A DNA stretch of 64,000 nt, from the NCBI GenBank assembly GCA_018826295.1, contig JAHJZX010000040.1:79688-143687 (forward strand). Reading direction: 5' to 3'. Below, in pieces: positions 48,667-56,921 of the stretch. Within the stretch, counting starts at the first letter, position 1, and each line of letters opens with the position of its first letter. The translations under genes and the position numbers were made by a program. Under the pieces are notes generated by a model that was not told the DNA's origin, did no database searches, and worked only from the letters and a program-made list of their open reading frames with translations. The stretch comes from Gammaproteobacteria bacterium (GTDB lineage: Bacteria; Pseudomonadota; Gammaproteobacteria; Enterobacterales; Alteromonadaceae).

Positions 48667-48843
48667 ATGAAAGAAAACCCACTTGCAAAATATGGTGTTA
48701 CCAAACCTGTTCATCGGCCAAGGATCAAGCCAGTTAAGAAGCTCGATTTGGATACACCTGAGGGGAAGCTAATCGTTCTGAGCGAAGCAAAACGAATTAT
48801 GCAGATACATGAAAGCACCTTTAAACGTTTAGCATACCTGTAG
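48667..48843 (+). CDS. 58-aa Phd-like antitoxin without adjacent toxin (absent from ORF track)
   Basis: MKENPLAKYGVTKPVHRPRIKPVKKLDLDTPEGKLIVLSEAKRIMQIHESTFKRLAYL; resembles recalled Vibrio superintegron Phd (YGV..V.RPKIK..KKLDL...G..IV.SE.K..H..TF.KLA). Confidence 0.6.
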   Translation: MKENPLAKYGVTKPVHRPRIKPVKKLDLDTPEGKLIVLSEAKRIMQIHESTFKRLAYL

Positions 48844-48985
48844 TAGCAATAGATGTTTCTTTTATTTGAACGACAACTCAAGCACGCGAAAAATGGTGGG
48901 TAAAATGGCGGGTAAAAACGCAAAACAACCAACAAACAAAAACCTATATACCTGATTTAAATTAGAAATAATTTTTAAATCCACA

Positions 48986-49142
48986 AGCAGATCCAAAACG
49001 TGGAATAACACAAGCCATCGCCAATCAAGCAGCGGACTCAATAAGGAGTCTGCTGCATTGATATTACATACCTGGTACTTCTGCCCCCAGCAGCGGTTTT
49101 CACCAAACACCCCATTTCTACCAACTGCGCCAAATGCCGGCT
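48986..49142 (+). repeat. 157-bp direct repeat copy 2 (att-like duplication of yicC 3' end)
   Basis: 154/157 identical to 45692-45848; TGG(T/C)GGGTAAAA x2 lies about 70-90 bp upstream (around 48895-48918). Confidence 0.95.
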
Positions 49143-49163
49143 GGCGTTAGCCGAGCTTACCTG
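49038..49163 (-). pseudogene. Internally deleted Fic gene remnant (last ~41 codons fused to its upstream operator region)
   Basis: Encodes VSSANASRHLAQLVEMGCLVKTAAGGRSTRYVISMQQTPY*; directly followed by a diverged copy of the Fic upstream region. Confidence 0.85.
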
Positions 49164-49281
49164 GTTGAGGTGAATACGTTAGCTAATCTGCTCATTCAGT
49201 GAGGCGAATAGCAAGGCTAATCTGTACTAGCTCAGACCTCATTAAACGCACTCAGAAATTCTAAGTATCGTTCGACAGGCT

Positions 49282-50172
49282 TCACATCCCCATATCAAAC
49301 CTGGTTTTGGGCGAACCATTACTAAGTAACTCCGTGGCCATAGCACTGACCTCGGCCTGCACATAAGCCCAATACTCTGGGTTATCCACGGTACGTTCCT
49401 TGATCTGACTTGGGATAAAACGGCTCATCTCCATATTAAAATCAGCCCTTACTTCATCATCTTGTTGCAGCTTCTTGATCTGCAGCTCGAGCGCTGTTCT
49501 AAAGTCGTCTTTGTGTTTATTTCTTGCCGCTAATTTTTTTTCTACCAGTTCTTTTGATAGCGCTACGCCACGTTGTTTGATCCAGACGATATCCCAGATA
49601 TCACGCGGTTTAATTCTTCTTGCCCGATAAGCGACAGCGATAAACTTATCTGATAGCGTTTCCTGCAATGATTGCACCGGTACCAAGATCCCTTCTGTGG
49701 GTACCACGATGTTGTAATGGTTTAACAGGGGCCTTTTTTCAATGTCGAATGACGGAATGGCACAGACATCAATATGCATTTTTTGCCGGGGCAAGTCCGG
49801 ACGGTTCGCTTCTTTTACGATACTGATTTTCCAGGAGACAGTATCACCCTGATTGTCTGCTGCAGGTTTGTTTACCCAAACCTCAGTTTCATATTTGTTC
49901 TGGATATAGTTTTGAATGTCAGCTTCTAAACCATCGAAATCTGTCGGCTTAAAATTATGGCCACCGTTAAAATCGAGATCCTCTGATAAGCGGGCACTGT
50001 TGTAACACATACGCAAGGAAGTCCCGCCAATAAAGGTCAGGCTTTGCATCGCACCTTGCTTAATCAATACCGCCATAATGTCGTGGTGCAGGATCTCCTT
50101 CTCAATAACAGGGGTAATAGCGGCATAGTCTGGATTCGCTTGCACAATTTGACGAAGCTGTTGTTTTAACAT
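49282..50172 (-). CDS. AbiEii-family nucleotidyltransferase toxin (pair 2)
   Basis: EKEILH, FIGGTSLR.CY...RLSEDLDF, DKFIA, RDIWD. Confidence 0.9.
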   Translation of the reverse strand: MLKQQLRQIVQANPDYAAITPVIEKEILHHDIMAVLIKQGAMQSLTFIGGTSLRMCYNSARLSEDLDFNGGHNFKPTDFDGLEADIQNYIQNKYETEVWVNKPAADNQGDTVSWKISIVKEANRPDLPRQKMHIDVCAIPSFDIEKRPLLNHYNIVVPTEGILVPVQSLQETLSDKFIAVAYRARRIKPRDIWDIVWIKQRGVALSKELVEKKLAARNKHKDDFRTALELQIKKLQQDDEVRADFNMEMSRFIPSQIKERTVDNPEYWAYVQAEVSAMATELLSNGSPKTRFDMGM

Positions 50173-50185
50173 CCTGATCCCCTCT

Positions 50186-50713
50186 CTATTTATGCTCCAG
50201 CATATGCAGATTTCGCTGACAGTATTTCAGGTCGGTCAGCGCCTGTTCGGTATTGGCGCGATACATTTTAATGTCAGGGTCAAAATACAGATTATTGACA
50301 AGCTGCTCAACAGGCCTTTTGGTGTGGGTGAACTCAATCACGCCATAAGGCGTGGTAAAGGTGCCTGTTCTGCCTTTTGTCACCACGGTAACCCTGTCCA
50401 TTATCACTTGCGAAATCTCACCAGTATGGCTTAGCTGGCTTTCCAGACTGATATAACTCAGTTCATCGCTACGTAATTTTTTGATGATTTTATAAATTGC
50501 TGTTTCAGGCTCTGGCGGCGTTAGTACACTTTCGTATAACCCTTGGGCCACTCTCCTGAGCTGACCTTTTTTAACCCGGTCGGCCAGAAATTTCGTAAAG
50601 GCGGGTGTGTATGGCTCACCTAACATAAAAGCCAGCTCTGCAGCGCTATGAATGCCGCCGCCAGCCTTTACCGCATTGGCAAAAACCAGCAATAATTTGT
50701 CAGATTTTGACAT
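50186..50713 (-). CDS. AbiEi-family antitoxin (pair 2)
   Basis: wHTH ...LRRVAQGLY, SYISLESQLS..G.ISQ; start moved to MSKSD. Confidence 0.85.
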   Translation of the reverse strand: MSKSDKLLLVFANAVKAGGGIHSAAELAFMLGEPYTPAFTKFLADRVKKGQLRRVAQGLYESVLTPPEPETAIYKIIKKLRSDELSYISLESQLSHTGEISQVIMDRVTVVTKGRTGTFTTPYGVIEFTHTKRPVEQLVNNLYFDPDIKMYRANTEQALTDLKYCQRNLHMLEHK

Positions 50714-50921
50714 AAGGCACACAAATAACAACATTAATGGTTAGAAAGTGTAGACCTAAGCAGAAAAGTCTTCAACCTAACAATGTACAAAAAAGCACTA
50801 AAAAGGTAATAAAATGCGCACACGATAGTCAGTCCAACTCAGATAACGTGGGCAACAATCAACTAAATAGCCCTACTATTTGCCTGCAAGTACAGGGCTT
50901 TTCCTAATACAACTCAGCAAT

Positions 50922-51042
50922 TAATCACCACTATCGGTTATTTATTTAAGAAACCTTTCATTAACTGCATATATTCACCGTTATTAGTGATTATATTTGA
51001 AATTTCTCAGTACCTCTCTATAATCACCAAATGTGGTGATTA
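50922..51042. promoter_or_regulatory. Three palindromic operator-like sites upstream of hipB
   Basis: TAATCACC-N6-GGTGATTA (perfect at 51021-51042; degenerate at 50922 and 50972). Confidence 0.7.
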
Positions 51043-51065
51043 ATAGCTAAAGCAGAGCCAATATC

Positions 51066-51356
51066 ATGGCAAAAAAGGTAACGGTTTCAGATATGCCTGA
51101 TTCAGTATTTATCGATAACGCCGGAATACTGGGACAACTGATTAAAGCGAAGCGCACAGAACTCGGTATTAAATTGGCCGACTGTGCCGCACTGTGTGGC
51201 ATTGGCATTAACACCTTGTCACGTATTGAAAACGGCAACGCCAATTGCACTTTAGCCGCAGTATTCTCTGTGTTAAACGGCTTGGGCATTAAACTGACAT
51301 CGAAAGAGCTGACGTTAGCAGCGAGTACTTCCTCAGCAGGAAGGAAGTGGATTTGA
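51066..51356 (+). CDS. hipB: HipB-like XRE HTH antitoxin
   Basis: IKAKRTELGIKLADCAALCGIGINTLSRIENG; TGATG overlap with the hipA-like gene. Confidence 0.85.
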   Translation: MAKKVTVSDMPDSVFIDNAGILGQLIKAKRTELGIKLADCAALCGIGINTLSRIENGNANCTLAAVFSVLNGLGIKLTSKELTLAASTSSAGRKWI

Positions 51357-52693
51357 TGATGGCGAAAATCGACGCATACCAACTGAAAGTAACTTATGGT
51401 GATGATGTCATCGGCACCTTGGCGTTGGATAACACAACCAATTTATTAAAACTTAGCTATACACCGCAGTGGCAACAACAGGGTTTTGCCATTTCACCAC
51501 ATTTGCCCCTTAACAATCAGCATACATCTGAAGTTGCCTACAACTATCTTGATAACGCCCTACCAGAAGGTGAAGCGCGAAAGCTGCTGGCTGAAAACTT
51601 AGGTGTTTCGGAAAAAAACGTCTATTCGCAAGTGCGTGCTATTGGTAGTGATTTAGCGGGTGCCTTCGTATTTAGGCCCGTTGAAGAGGAGCATGTAGAT
51701 GAGACGCAACCCAGCTTTAGGCTACTTGAAGAAGCTGAGTTAATTGAAAGACTCAACATTAAAGAAGAGTTTGGCTTGCTGACATGGGATGACAAGCCCC
51801 GGCTCAGTGTGGCTGGCGTGCAGGACAAACTAAATGTCTTTATGGATAACGCCGGCAACCTTGGTTTTGGCGACGGCGCACTGTGCTCTACCCATATCCT
51901 GAAATTCGAAAAGAAAAACTGCCCAAACCTGGTACTAAACGAGTTCTTCTGCATGAAACTTTCAACTGCGGTTGGCTTACCCACAGCCGAGGTGGCGTTT
52001 AGGCGGTTCGGTCCTCATCCGGCGCTTATCGTTAAGCGCTTTGATCGCAAATACATGAGGGACAATAACAGAGTATTGAGACGCCACGTAATAGATGGCT
52101 GCCAAGCGCTTAACTTATCGAGAGATCATAAATATGAGCGTAACCTTGGCGATAGCAGAGACGTGAAGCATATCCGTGATGGCGCCAGTTTAGAGAAGCT
52201 ATTTGGGTTTTGTCGGAAGATGTCTTCGCCGGTAGAGAGCATACAATGGCTGATCCACTGGCAGTTGTTCAATTTAATGATCGGCAATTATGACAGTCAC
52301 GGCAAAAACGTGTCGCTGTATTTCGACGACAGCACTGCCCGCTTTACCCCAGCCTATGATTTAGTTAACGTTTCGATGTTCCCACAATTCAGGCATGTGT
52401 TAGCAATGGCGATGGGCGATGAATTTGAACCTGACTCCATACACGCCTATCAGCTGGCAGATTTTGCAGAAGCTTGTAAGATCGACAAAAAGCTATTGTC
52501 GAGACTATTAGTTGGCTTAGCAGATAAAGTGCTAAACCAGCTTTCGGATGAATTACTTATCAAAAAGCTGAAAGATGAGCCCGGCATTACTGCTGACGAC
52601 ATTCAGTATTGTCAGCTATTAGGTGACAACATAGTAGCAAGAACAACCCACTTAAAAGCGCAAGCAGCCGAGATCCCATTTATCCGGTTATAG
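51356..52693 (+). CDS. hipA: HipA-family kinase toxin with N-terminal Couple_hipA domain
   Basis: DNALPEG, SVAGVQDK, NEFFCM, RFDR, GNYDSHGKN, PAYDL. Confidence 0.92.
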   Translation: MMAKIDAYQLKVTYGDDVIGTLALDNTTNLLKLSYTPQWQQQGFAISPHLPLNNQHTSEVAYNYLDNALPEGEARKLLAENLGVSEKNVYSQVRAIGSDLAGAFVFRPVEEEHVDETQPSFRLLEEAELIERLNIKEEFGLLTWDDKPRLSVAGVQDKLNVFMDNAGNLGFGDGALCSTHILKFEKKNCPNLVLNEFFCMKLSTAVGLPTAEVAFRRFGPHPALIVKRFDRKYMRDNNRVLRRHVIDGCQALNLSRDHKYERNLGDSRDVKHIRDGASLEKLFGFCRKMSSPVESIQWLIHWQLFNLMIGNYDSHGKNVSLYFDDSTARFTPAYDLVNVSMFPQFRHVLAMAMGDEFEPDSIHAYQLADFAEACKIDKKLLSRLLVGLADKVLNQLSDELLIKKLKDEPGITADDIQYCQLLGDNIVARTTHLKAQAAEIPFIRL

Positions 52694-52916
52694 CTACATA
52701 CTTTACAGCGGCACTGGCTAAATGCCGGCTGGCAATGGTTTTTTCCGGTGTAACATCCGCCCAACTGCGCGGACCGGCCATTATGCCACTATCGACATGA
52801 GCCAGCTCTTCGGGTATTTCAGCGGTAAACAATTCATCAGACCATTTTTGCGCTCTGGCCAACAGCCAGGCTTCAAATTCTGGTGTGCCGGGTTCTGGTT
52901 TGTTCTCAGTCATCAC
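52680..52916 (-). CDS. Hypothetical 78-aa protein, third gene of the effector operon
   Basis: GTGA overlap with the DUF1240-like gene; no recognised motif. Confidence 0.5.
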   Translation of the reverse strand: MMTENKPEPGTPEFEAWLLARAQKWSDELFTAEIPEELAHVDSGIMAGPRSWADVTPEKTIASRHLASAAVKYVAITG

Positions 52917-53482
52917 TGATACCGCTGCTTGCGTTCTGCAATAAATAACTCAATCTGCGCAGTTACTTCATCGTTAGATGGCATTATGCCGGCGGCTTGC
53001 TGCTCATCAAACCAATCCAGCACTTCAACATTAACCAAATAAGACAATTCATGGCAGTATTGTGGCTGACGCACCCACACTTGTGAGGCAAACGGCGAAG
53101 GGTTCTCAAGCTTGCTGCAATGCGTAAAACCGTGCGCTGCTACATAGCCAGGCAACCAAAACCCCAACACAATGCGCACCGCAAAGGCCACGGCCAATAA
53201 CACCAGCGAAATTTTTACCCACAGCGCAAAATGCTGCTCTGGCAAATTACCGAAGTTTCGACGCAGCATTATATAAATCAACATCAGTAACATTGGCGAA
53301 GTAATTAATAGCGGTAATGCCACTAACGGTAATCTGAAATAAAAAGGTTTTGAGTCAAAATCGACTAGCAATGATAGAAGCTCCACAGCTTTGAACACCG
53401 CAACTGCAATCGCGCCAAGCATTATAAGAGACAAAAATACCGCCAGCCCTTTTTTGCGTTCGAAATGCTCGCCCTGCTGCAT
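52913..53482 (-). CDS. DUF1240-like membrane protein, probable immunity protein
   Basis: Three TMs then G-F-x-H-C...VWV...C; TAATG overlap with the upstream gene. Confidence 0.7.
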   Translation of the reverse strand: MQQGEHFERKKGLAVFLSLIMLGAIAVAVFKAVELLSLLVDFDSKPFYFRLPLVALPLLITSPMLLMLIYIMLRRNFGNLPEQHFALWVKISLVLLAVAFAVRIVLGFWLPGYVAAHGFTHCSKLENPSPFASQVWVRQPQYCHELSYLVNVEVLDWFDEQQAAGIMPSNDEVTAQIELFIAERKQRYQ

Positions 53483-54423
53483 TACTTTAAGCTCCACTTT
53501 GGAATAGCAAACAACTTATGCAGAAAAGCTAACGTGTCCTCACTCCAATGTTTGTTGATCTCACTTGCTTTGTCCTCGATTGCCGACAAGCTATTCTCAA
53601 TTTGCGTTTGTGTTTCAAATAGCATCTTTGCGATTCGCTGACCTAACTGCACGTGGTCATCAAGTAGTAAGAACACTGCACCTAAAACGAAACCTACAGC
53701 AACGACTACTACCAAACTGCCTATTGCCAAAGCAGTTGCTCCACCAATAACAGCAGATACAACAAAAGACGCAATCGCAAATGACGCGCCAGCATAAATC
53801 ACATCTGCCGCTATACCGCCCACAAAGTCATGCCAGGTTTTCTGATCGTTTAGCAGCTGATCAATGGCATGAAAGCCCACTGACAACACTATCGACAATA
53901 CAAAACCACCCTTGATGGCCTTATCAGCGCCCAATTTGCCTATACCCATTGAAATAACTTTAGGATGACTTGCCAGATAACGGCTGCCGGTCAGGTGCCG
54001 CCGCAGTGCCGCATAACCTTTAATCACAATGTACGTACGACCGTGATAATTTTTAATCTGGTATTTCGTCAAGACATTGCCGCCCCGACTCAGATCTCTT
54101 GCCAGCACAGCTAACGCTGCACTATCTAGTAAACTTGGCGCAAATGAAAGTAGACTTTTCAGCCCACCGCCTCTGCGTTGCCAAAGTGCTTTTACGCCAC
54201 TATTCTCTTGGCTAAGCGTTTCAAGCCAAGACAAAATCTGCTGTTCCGTTAGGCCTTGTTGCAGTTTTATATTTACCGCCAACTCAAAAAATTCGGTTTC
54301 ATTCATCACAAACATAGAGTGTGAATTAGCGGCTAATGCCTTGGCCAACGCTTCTCTTTGCTGGTTTTGCTGAGCCTGCTGGCGAATTTGACTGGTACGT
54401 TGAATATCGTAAAGAGTTTTCAT
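53482..54423 (-). CDS. Tme-like membrane-disrupting antibacterial effector
   Basis: YIVIKGYAALRRHLTGSRYLASHPKVISMGIG core followed by Gly/Ala-rich TM helices; upstream of DUF1240-like gene. Confidence 0.65.
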   Translation of the reverse strand: MKTLYDIQRTSQIRQQAQQNQQREALAKALAANSHSMFVMNETEFFELAVNIKLQQGLTEQQILSWLETLSQENSGVKALWQRRGGGLKSLLSFAPSLLDSAALAVLARDLSRGGNVLTKYQIKNYHGRTYIVIKGYAALRRHLTGSRYLASHPKVISMGIGKLGADKAIKGGFVLSIVLSVGFHAIDQLLNDQKTWHDFVGGIAADVIYAGASFAIASFVVSAVIGGATALAIGSLVVVVAVGFVLGAVFLLLDDHVQLGQRIAKMLFETQTQIENSLSAIEDKASEINKHWSEDTLAFLHKLFAIPKWSLK

Positions 54424-54565
54424 TATTCGGCCTCATCCATGAAAAGCAAAAATATAACACATTTTACATTTTAAGAACAATTATCAAGCAGTAATTACTA
54501 ATCTTTTAAATCAGCGGTAACAGCGGTAGTATCAAAGCGTTTATCAGGAGATATCAGCAGGAAAA

Positions 54566-55162
54566 ATGTCATCTGCAACAATAGATTATTACAACCGGCA
54601 TGCAGCGGAATACGTACAATCAACAATTAATGTAGATATGACTGCTCTGTATGCTGAGTTCCTGCCATTGATTGCCACAGGCAGCCATATTCTTGATGCT
54701 GGTTGTGGTAGCGGCCGTGACGCAGCTTATTTTAAACAACTTGGTTTTACAGTAAGCGCCTTTGATGCCAGTGGTGAGCTGGCAAAAATTGCCAGCCAGC
54801 GCCTACAGCAAACTGTCACGGTGCAGCAATTCGAGCAGTTGGACGAGTACGAACAATATGATGGTATCTGGTGCTGTGCCAGCCTGCTGCATGTTGCAAC
54901 TGATAGCTTGCCGTCGGTCTTTTTCCGCTTACAACAAGCATTAAAACCCGGTGGCGTGTTGTATATGTCTTTTAAATACGGCGACGGCGAACACGACATA
55001 AATGGCCGGCGCTTTACTGATATGAACGATGCCGAATTAAAAAAAATTCTAAAAAATGTAGCTACGTTAAGTGTTATTAAAACCTGGCTGACACAAGATC
55101 AGCGGGCCAATCGTAATCATGAAGTCTGGTTTAATGCCTTAGTGACTAAGCCAGCCAGTTAA
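54566..55162 (+). CDS. Class I SAM-dependent methyltransferase
   Basis: ILDAGCGSGRD, YDGIWCCASLLH, LKPGG. Confidence 0.9.
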   Translation: MSSATIDYYNRHAAEYVQSTINVDMTALYAEFLPLIATGSHILDAGCGSGRDAAYFKQLGFTVSAFDASGELAKIASQRLQQTVTVQQFEQLDEYEQYDGIWCCASLLHVATDSLPSVFFRLQQALKPGGVLYMSFKYGDGEHDINGRRFTDMNDAELKKILKNVATLSVIKTWLTQDQRANRNHEVWFNALVTKPAS

Positions 55163-55192
55163 CCTGACACACCCGATTCTCAATCAAAACGT

Positions 55193-56326
55193 TTACGCTA
55201 TAAAACGCTCTTGATATAGCTTTCTGTGATATTGCAGATACTTAATATTTGGCTCACGCACGGCAAGGCGCATCTGTTGTGAAATACCCAATACTTGTGG
55301 CCGTTCCAGTTGCGTAGAAATAATAATCTGGCCATTATCCTCAAATGAGATAAAACCGCGGTCGAACGCTTTGTCTAAATTGGCCAGTAACAATAAACCA
55401 TTGTTAGGATCTAACCGTTCAGAATTGCTCGATGAACGCCAGGGTTTAATGTGTGACGCCACCAACATGGCAGGCATCATATAGCCTGTTACTGCACAAC
55501 CGTCCCACTGCTCAAACAACCGCTGTCTGAACTGCCCTTGCCCCACCCTTGCACTAACCAACATCGACTTCTCAGTCGTGGTTAAATCATCACTTTGCAA
55601 AATGTCATCAACATCAGTAGTAACGTCCACTTGACCAAGCTCAGCCAGAAACTCGCCGTATGACTTTAACGCGCTGCTGTACATTCTCTTTCCGCGCGTA
55701 TCCTTCTCGCGAAACTCATTAAGCTCATAAAGCGGTGTGGTAACCCGTTTGTATTCATGGAAAGAGCCAATTTGCGTCAGGTCACTATCCGTGATTTGTT
55801 CTCTCTTTGCCAGATCCGATAACACCCCCTGCACAGCGCCTAAATAACTTTTTGCTGTTCTATCTGATTTGCCAAGCCCCAATACCCAGCGAACATATAA
55901 TTCGGGTAAACGCGTCAGGTTTTGCGTCAGTGCTAAACGTAAGTCCGCGCGTACCAAGCTGCTTTTCATTAGTTCAAACAACTCAGTATCCAAATAGGCG
56001 TAGGCAATTTTTCGTTTACTAAAACCGGTGATGTCGCCCAACTCCACGCCAACTACCGGCTGAATGTGCCAAAAGCCCTCGGATATCAGGTGGTAAAACG
56101 GGTTGTCCGGTGTATCCTGATCATTGCCAGCACGCAGACGCTGAAAGTGAAGGGTAAAGCTTTGCTTTAACGCATCATTAAATTCGATCCGGTTTTCGCC
56201 AATTACACCCAGCTCAATCAAATCCATCACAGCTAACAACATGCACACCTTGTGTGGCTTGTTGTGCCCTTGCAGCCGCATGGTGTTTAAACCACGGAAC
56301 TTGTTTAGATAAAACTGAAGCGACAT
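55193..56326 (-). CDS. HNH endonuclease with SBD-like N-terminal domain (putative type IV, phosphorothioate-dependent) and a central extra domain
   Basis: PHKVCMLLAVMDL...PFYHLISEGFW; C-terminal ASHIKPW...NGLLL...D..FD.G HNH_2 pattern. Confidence 0.8.
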   Translation of the reverse strand: MSLQFYLNKFRGLNTMRLQGHNKPHKVCMLLAVMDLIELGVIGENRIEFNDALKQSFTLHFQRLRAGNDQDTPDNPFYHLISEGFWHIQPVVGVELGDITGFSKRKIAYAYLDTELFELMKSSLVRADLRLALTQNLTRLPELYVRWVLGLGKSDRTAKSYLGAVQGVLSDLAKREQITDSDLTQIGSFHEYKRVTTPLYELNEFREKDTRGKRMYSSALKSYGEFLAELGQVDVTTDVDDILQSDDLTTTEKSMLVSARVGQGQFRQRLFEQWDGCAVTGYMMPAMLVASHIKPWRSSSNSERLDPNNGLLLLANLDKAFDRGFISFEDNGQIIISTQLERPQVLGISQQMRLAVREPNIKYLQYHRKLYQERFIA

Positions 56327-56572
56327 GAATAACTACCAGATAGTAATAAACTTTTTATATTTTTAGTTTGCCAGGAGTTTTTGATAAAGCATAATTTTTT
56401 ATCTAAATAATCGGTACGATTTTGTCAAAATCCAGCCCCCTGCTTCTGTTAGAAACAATCGCACTAAATTCAGCACTAGAATAAAAAGCCACTATTTAGA
56501 CTTTCTCCCCCCCACCCCAAGTTTAATTTGTACTGGCAGTATTGAGCACGTCAACAACACAGGAGAATTGAC

Positions 56573-56728
56573 ATGACACAAACTAAAGCACCAATGACAC
56601 CAGAAGCCGCTGCTCGTATTCAAAGCGCTCAAGCAAAGCAAAACGGCGGCTCAGTAGAGAAAGGAAGTTTTACCGCCAGAGCTCAGAGTAGTGCGGCAAA
56701 AAACACATCAACTACAGGAAAAAAATAA
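56573..56728 (+). CDS. 51-aa hydrophilic small protein (absent from ORF track)
   Basis: AGGAG RBS; MTQTKAPMTPEAAARIQSAQAKQNGGSVEKGSFTARAQSSAAKNTSTTGKK. Confidence 0.75.
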   Translation: MTQTKAPMTPEAAARIQSAQAKQNGGSVEKGSFTARAQSSAAKNTSTTGKK

Positions 56729-56729
56729 T

Positions 56730-56855
56730 ATGCCAAAGCACGATGACGACAACCGCAGCCGCCAGCTTGACCCTGAGCACGACGCTTATTGGCAAAGCCG
56801 TGGGGAAGATGAACGCCCTGATGATTGGCAAGATCGTCTTGAGGATGAGCAATAA
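56730..56855 (+). CDS. 41-aa acidic small protein (absent from ORF track)
   Basis: Starts 1 nt after the previous stop, AGGA upstream; MPKHDDDNRSRQLDPEHDAYWQSRGEDERPDDWQDRLEDEQ. Confidence 0.7.
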   Translation: MPKHDDDNRSRQLDPEHDAYWQSRGEDERPDDWQDRLEDEQ

Positions 56856-56895
56856 TTGGTAGCTTTATCTGGCAATTAGTGCCAAATGCGCTGCG

Positions 56896-56921
56896 AATAG
56901 CCGGTAATTCTGCCGGCTATT
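56896..56921. terminator. Bidirectional hairpin terminator
   Basis: AATAGCCGG-N8-CCGGCTATT between convergent genes. Confidence 0.7.

Noticed and set aside
48862-49110. 82-aa minus-strand ORF
   Set aside because: Off-frame reading across the Fic remnant and att-like repeat
56418-56432. Perfect palindrome GATTTTGTCAAAATC in the HNH/microprotein divergent region
   Set aside because: Single AT-rich site with no second copy or candidate regulator; could be chance
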